DNA from: Actinomycetota bacterium
Lineage (GTDB): Bacteria > Actinomycetota > CADDZG01 > WHSQ01
Assembly: GCA_034663635.1 (NCBI GenBank)
Contig: JAXDJH010000020.1
Coordinates: forward strand, 35,215-59,214
Length of the DNA stretch: 24,000 nt
Direction: 5' to 3'
The translations under genes were made by a program, and so were the position numbers. The notes under the pieces were generated by a model that was given only the letters and a program-made list of their open reading frames with translations, was not told where the DNA came from and ran no database searches. Shown in pieces: positions 23,200 through 24,000 of the stretch; position 1 is the first letter of the stretch; each line of letters begins with the position of its first letter.

Positions 23200-23205
23200 A
23201 CCCTA
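23200..23205 (-). promoter_or_regulatory. Candidate -10 box TAGGGT, 8 nt upstream of the bioA ATG (possible leaderless bio operon transcript)
   Basis: The minus strand reads TGTCATAGGGTCCCCGGCGATG. This is a TANNNT match with no SD. Confidence 0.3.
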
Positions 23206-23260
23206 TGACATGGCGGGAAGGGGAGCGGGGGCCGGGGCGTTTATCCTGCGTTGCCAGCCT

Positions 23261-23332
23261 GGCGGCGTGGCCGAGTGGTTTAGGCAAGGGACTGCAAATC
23301 CCTGCACAGCGGTTCGATTCCGCTCGCCGCCT
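23261..23332 (+). tRNA. tRNA-Cys (anticodon GCA)
   Basis: Cloverleaf by eye: acceptor GGCGGCG/CGCCGCC, anticodon stem AGGGA/TCCCT with loop CTGCAAA, T-arm AGCGG-TTCGATT-CCGCT, discriminator T. CCA is not encoded. Confidence 0.9.
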
Positions 23333-23424
23333 CAAAGCCCGCATTCTTTTCCACGGTGCAGGACCTGAGGCCTCGGAACATGGAAAAGAGTGCGCCTAGC
23401 CGCGTTGGTAGACTCGGCGACCCT

Positions 23425-23496
23425 GGGGCGTTAGCTCAGCGGGAGAGCGCTTGCTCGACACGCAAGAGGTCATTGGTTCAATCCCAATACGCCCCA
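23425..23496 (+). tRNA. tRNA-Val (anticodon GAC)
   Basis: Acceptor GGGGCGT/ACGCCCC, D-arm GCTC-AGCGGGA-GAGC, anticodon stem CTTGC/GCAAG with loop TCGACAC, T-arm ATTGG-TTCAATC-CCAAT. CCA is not encoded. Confidence 0.9.
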
Positions 23497-23500
23497 CTAG

Positions 23501-23533
23501 AAAATCCCCTAGTCGAAGGGGGTTTTCTTATTT
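23501..23533 (+). terminator. Rho-independent terminator after tRNA-Val
   Basis: AAAATCCCCT-AGTCGA-AGGGGGTTTT forms a 10-bp stem (one G-U pair), followed by CTTATTT. Confidence 0.5.
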
Positions 23534-23548
23534 CCGGAACACGAACAC

Positions 23549-23575
23549 AAGAAGAAAGGCCCGGTTTCCCGGGCC
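23549..23575 (-). terminator. Rho-independent terminator of the minus-strand gene ending at 23578
   Basis: Perfect GGCCCGG-(TTTC)-CCGGGCC hairpin at 23558-23575, followed on the minus strand by TTTCTTCTT. Confidence 0.6.
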
Positions 23576-23577
23576 AG

Positions 23578-24000
23578 TCAGGCTCGGTGGCTCAGCACGT
23601 CGACAACCGTCTTCGCACTTCCCTTTGAGGGCCCGGGGACCTCTAGTGTCCAGCCCTCGCCGTTGCTGAATGTGATCGTCAGCGAAGGAGCGGCCCCGCC
23701 GCCTAGCTCTGCCGACGCGACCTCGCTTCGCGGGATCCGCTCGACCACCTCATCCAAAAACACGCGGACTATTCCCGACTTAAGTTTGATCAGCGCGAGT
23801 TCGCTCTGAGTGACGGCTATGTACGCGAGTCGGCCAAATTCCGGTGTATCGGGCGTCGTCGGGGTTGACGGTCCGTAAGCGATCCGGGTCGGTAACTGGC
23901 CGGCAACACCTCTGGATACGCGCCTCGCCATCCCGAGCGGATTGACCTTTACCCCGGCGAGTTGCGGTGAGCCAAGTAGCTGCGAAGCGTCAAGCGCCAC
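23578..24000 (-). CDS. Hypothetical protein (the ORF reaches the window edge, so the N-terminus may be incomplete)
   Basis: GC3-rich 140-aa frame followed by a good terminator. I recognise no motif. Confidence 0.5.
   Translation of the reverse strand: MALDASQLLGSPQLAGVKVNPLGMARRVSRGVAGQLPTRIAYGPSTPTTPDTPEFGRLAYIAVTQSELALIKLKSGIVRVFLDEVVERIPRSEVASAELGGGAAPSLTITFSNGEGWTLEVPGPSKGSAKTVVDVLSHRA

Noticed and set aside
23192-23344. N-terminal extension of the bioA ORF (track start 23344)
   Set aside because: It would read through the complement of tRNA-Cys. Aminotransferase similarity starts at MTPDWIERD (ATG 23191).
23497-24000. tRNA-Val 3' flank as an integration site of a mobile element
   Set aside because: Within the window there is no integrase, no direct repeat of the tRNA 3' end, and only one ordinary-looking convergent gene. 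This cannot be excluded beyond position 24000.
1-24000. CRISPR arrays, IS elements, prophage genes, toxin-antitoxin pairs or known defence-system signatures
   Set aside because: I saw no spaced direct repeats, no transposase, integrase or recombinase-like ORFs, and no small adjacent gene pairs with TA-like features. Repetition inside the RTX gene is just its coding nonapeptide repeats.

Overview
GC-rich, very gene-dense chromosomal segment that looks actinobacterial: GC3-rich codons, TAGNNT-type -10 boxes, many 1-8 nt gene overlaps, and a biotin operon carrying a bsaP-like gene. I call about 30 protein genes and 2 tRNAs. I see no rRNA, CRISPR array, transposase, integrase or phage genes.

Left to right:
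- Acyl-CoA synthetase 3' fragment.
- Cupredoxin lipoprotein, divergent from an ECF sigma / zinc-finger anti-sigma pair that is preceded by a short uORF.
- Stand-alone receiver protein, divergent from a polytopic GAF protein whose HisKA_3-like helix lacks the phospho-acceptor His and which has no ATPase domain.
- M24 Xaa-Pro peptidase.
- An accessory-looking block: a proline-rich anchored protein, a Sec-signal RTX-repeat calcium-binding protein, and a small signal-anchored protein translationally coupled to an HTTM (vitamin-K carboxylase-like / SdpB-like) membrane protein.
- yjbQ fused into an OmpR/HK two-component operon.
- S66 LD-carboxypeptidase, a possible 50-aa acidic protein, and a GGDEF-EAL protein.
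- A GT87/DUF2029 membrane glycosyltransferase coupled to a stand-alone ATP-dependent DNA ligase, which is divergent from a PolX-like HhH+PHP protein lacking the polymerase core.
- DUF6328 protein and a secreted beta-propeller.
- A fully overlapped bioA-bioF-bioD-bioB-bsaP operon.
- tRNA-Cys, tRNA-Val, and a partial hypothetical gene.

Best candidates for something new:
- The small-protein/HTTM pair next to the RTX-repeat protein.
- The His-less DHp-only sensor with its orphan receiver.
- The ligase + polymerase-less PolX/PHP pair.
- The Cys-extended BsaP.

All functional calls come from reading motifs by eye. No database search was possible.
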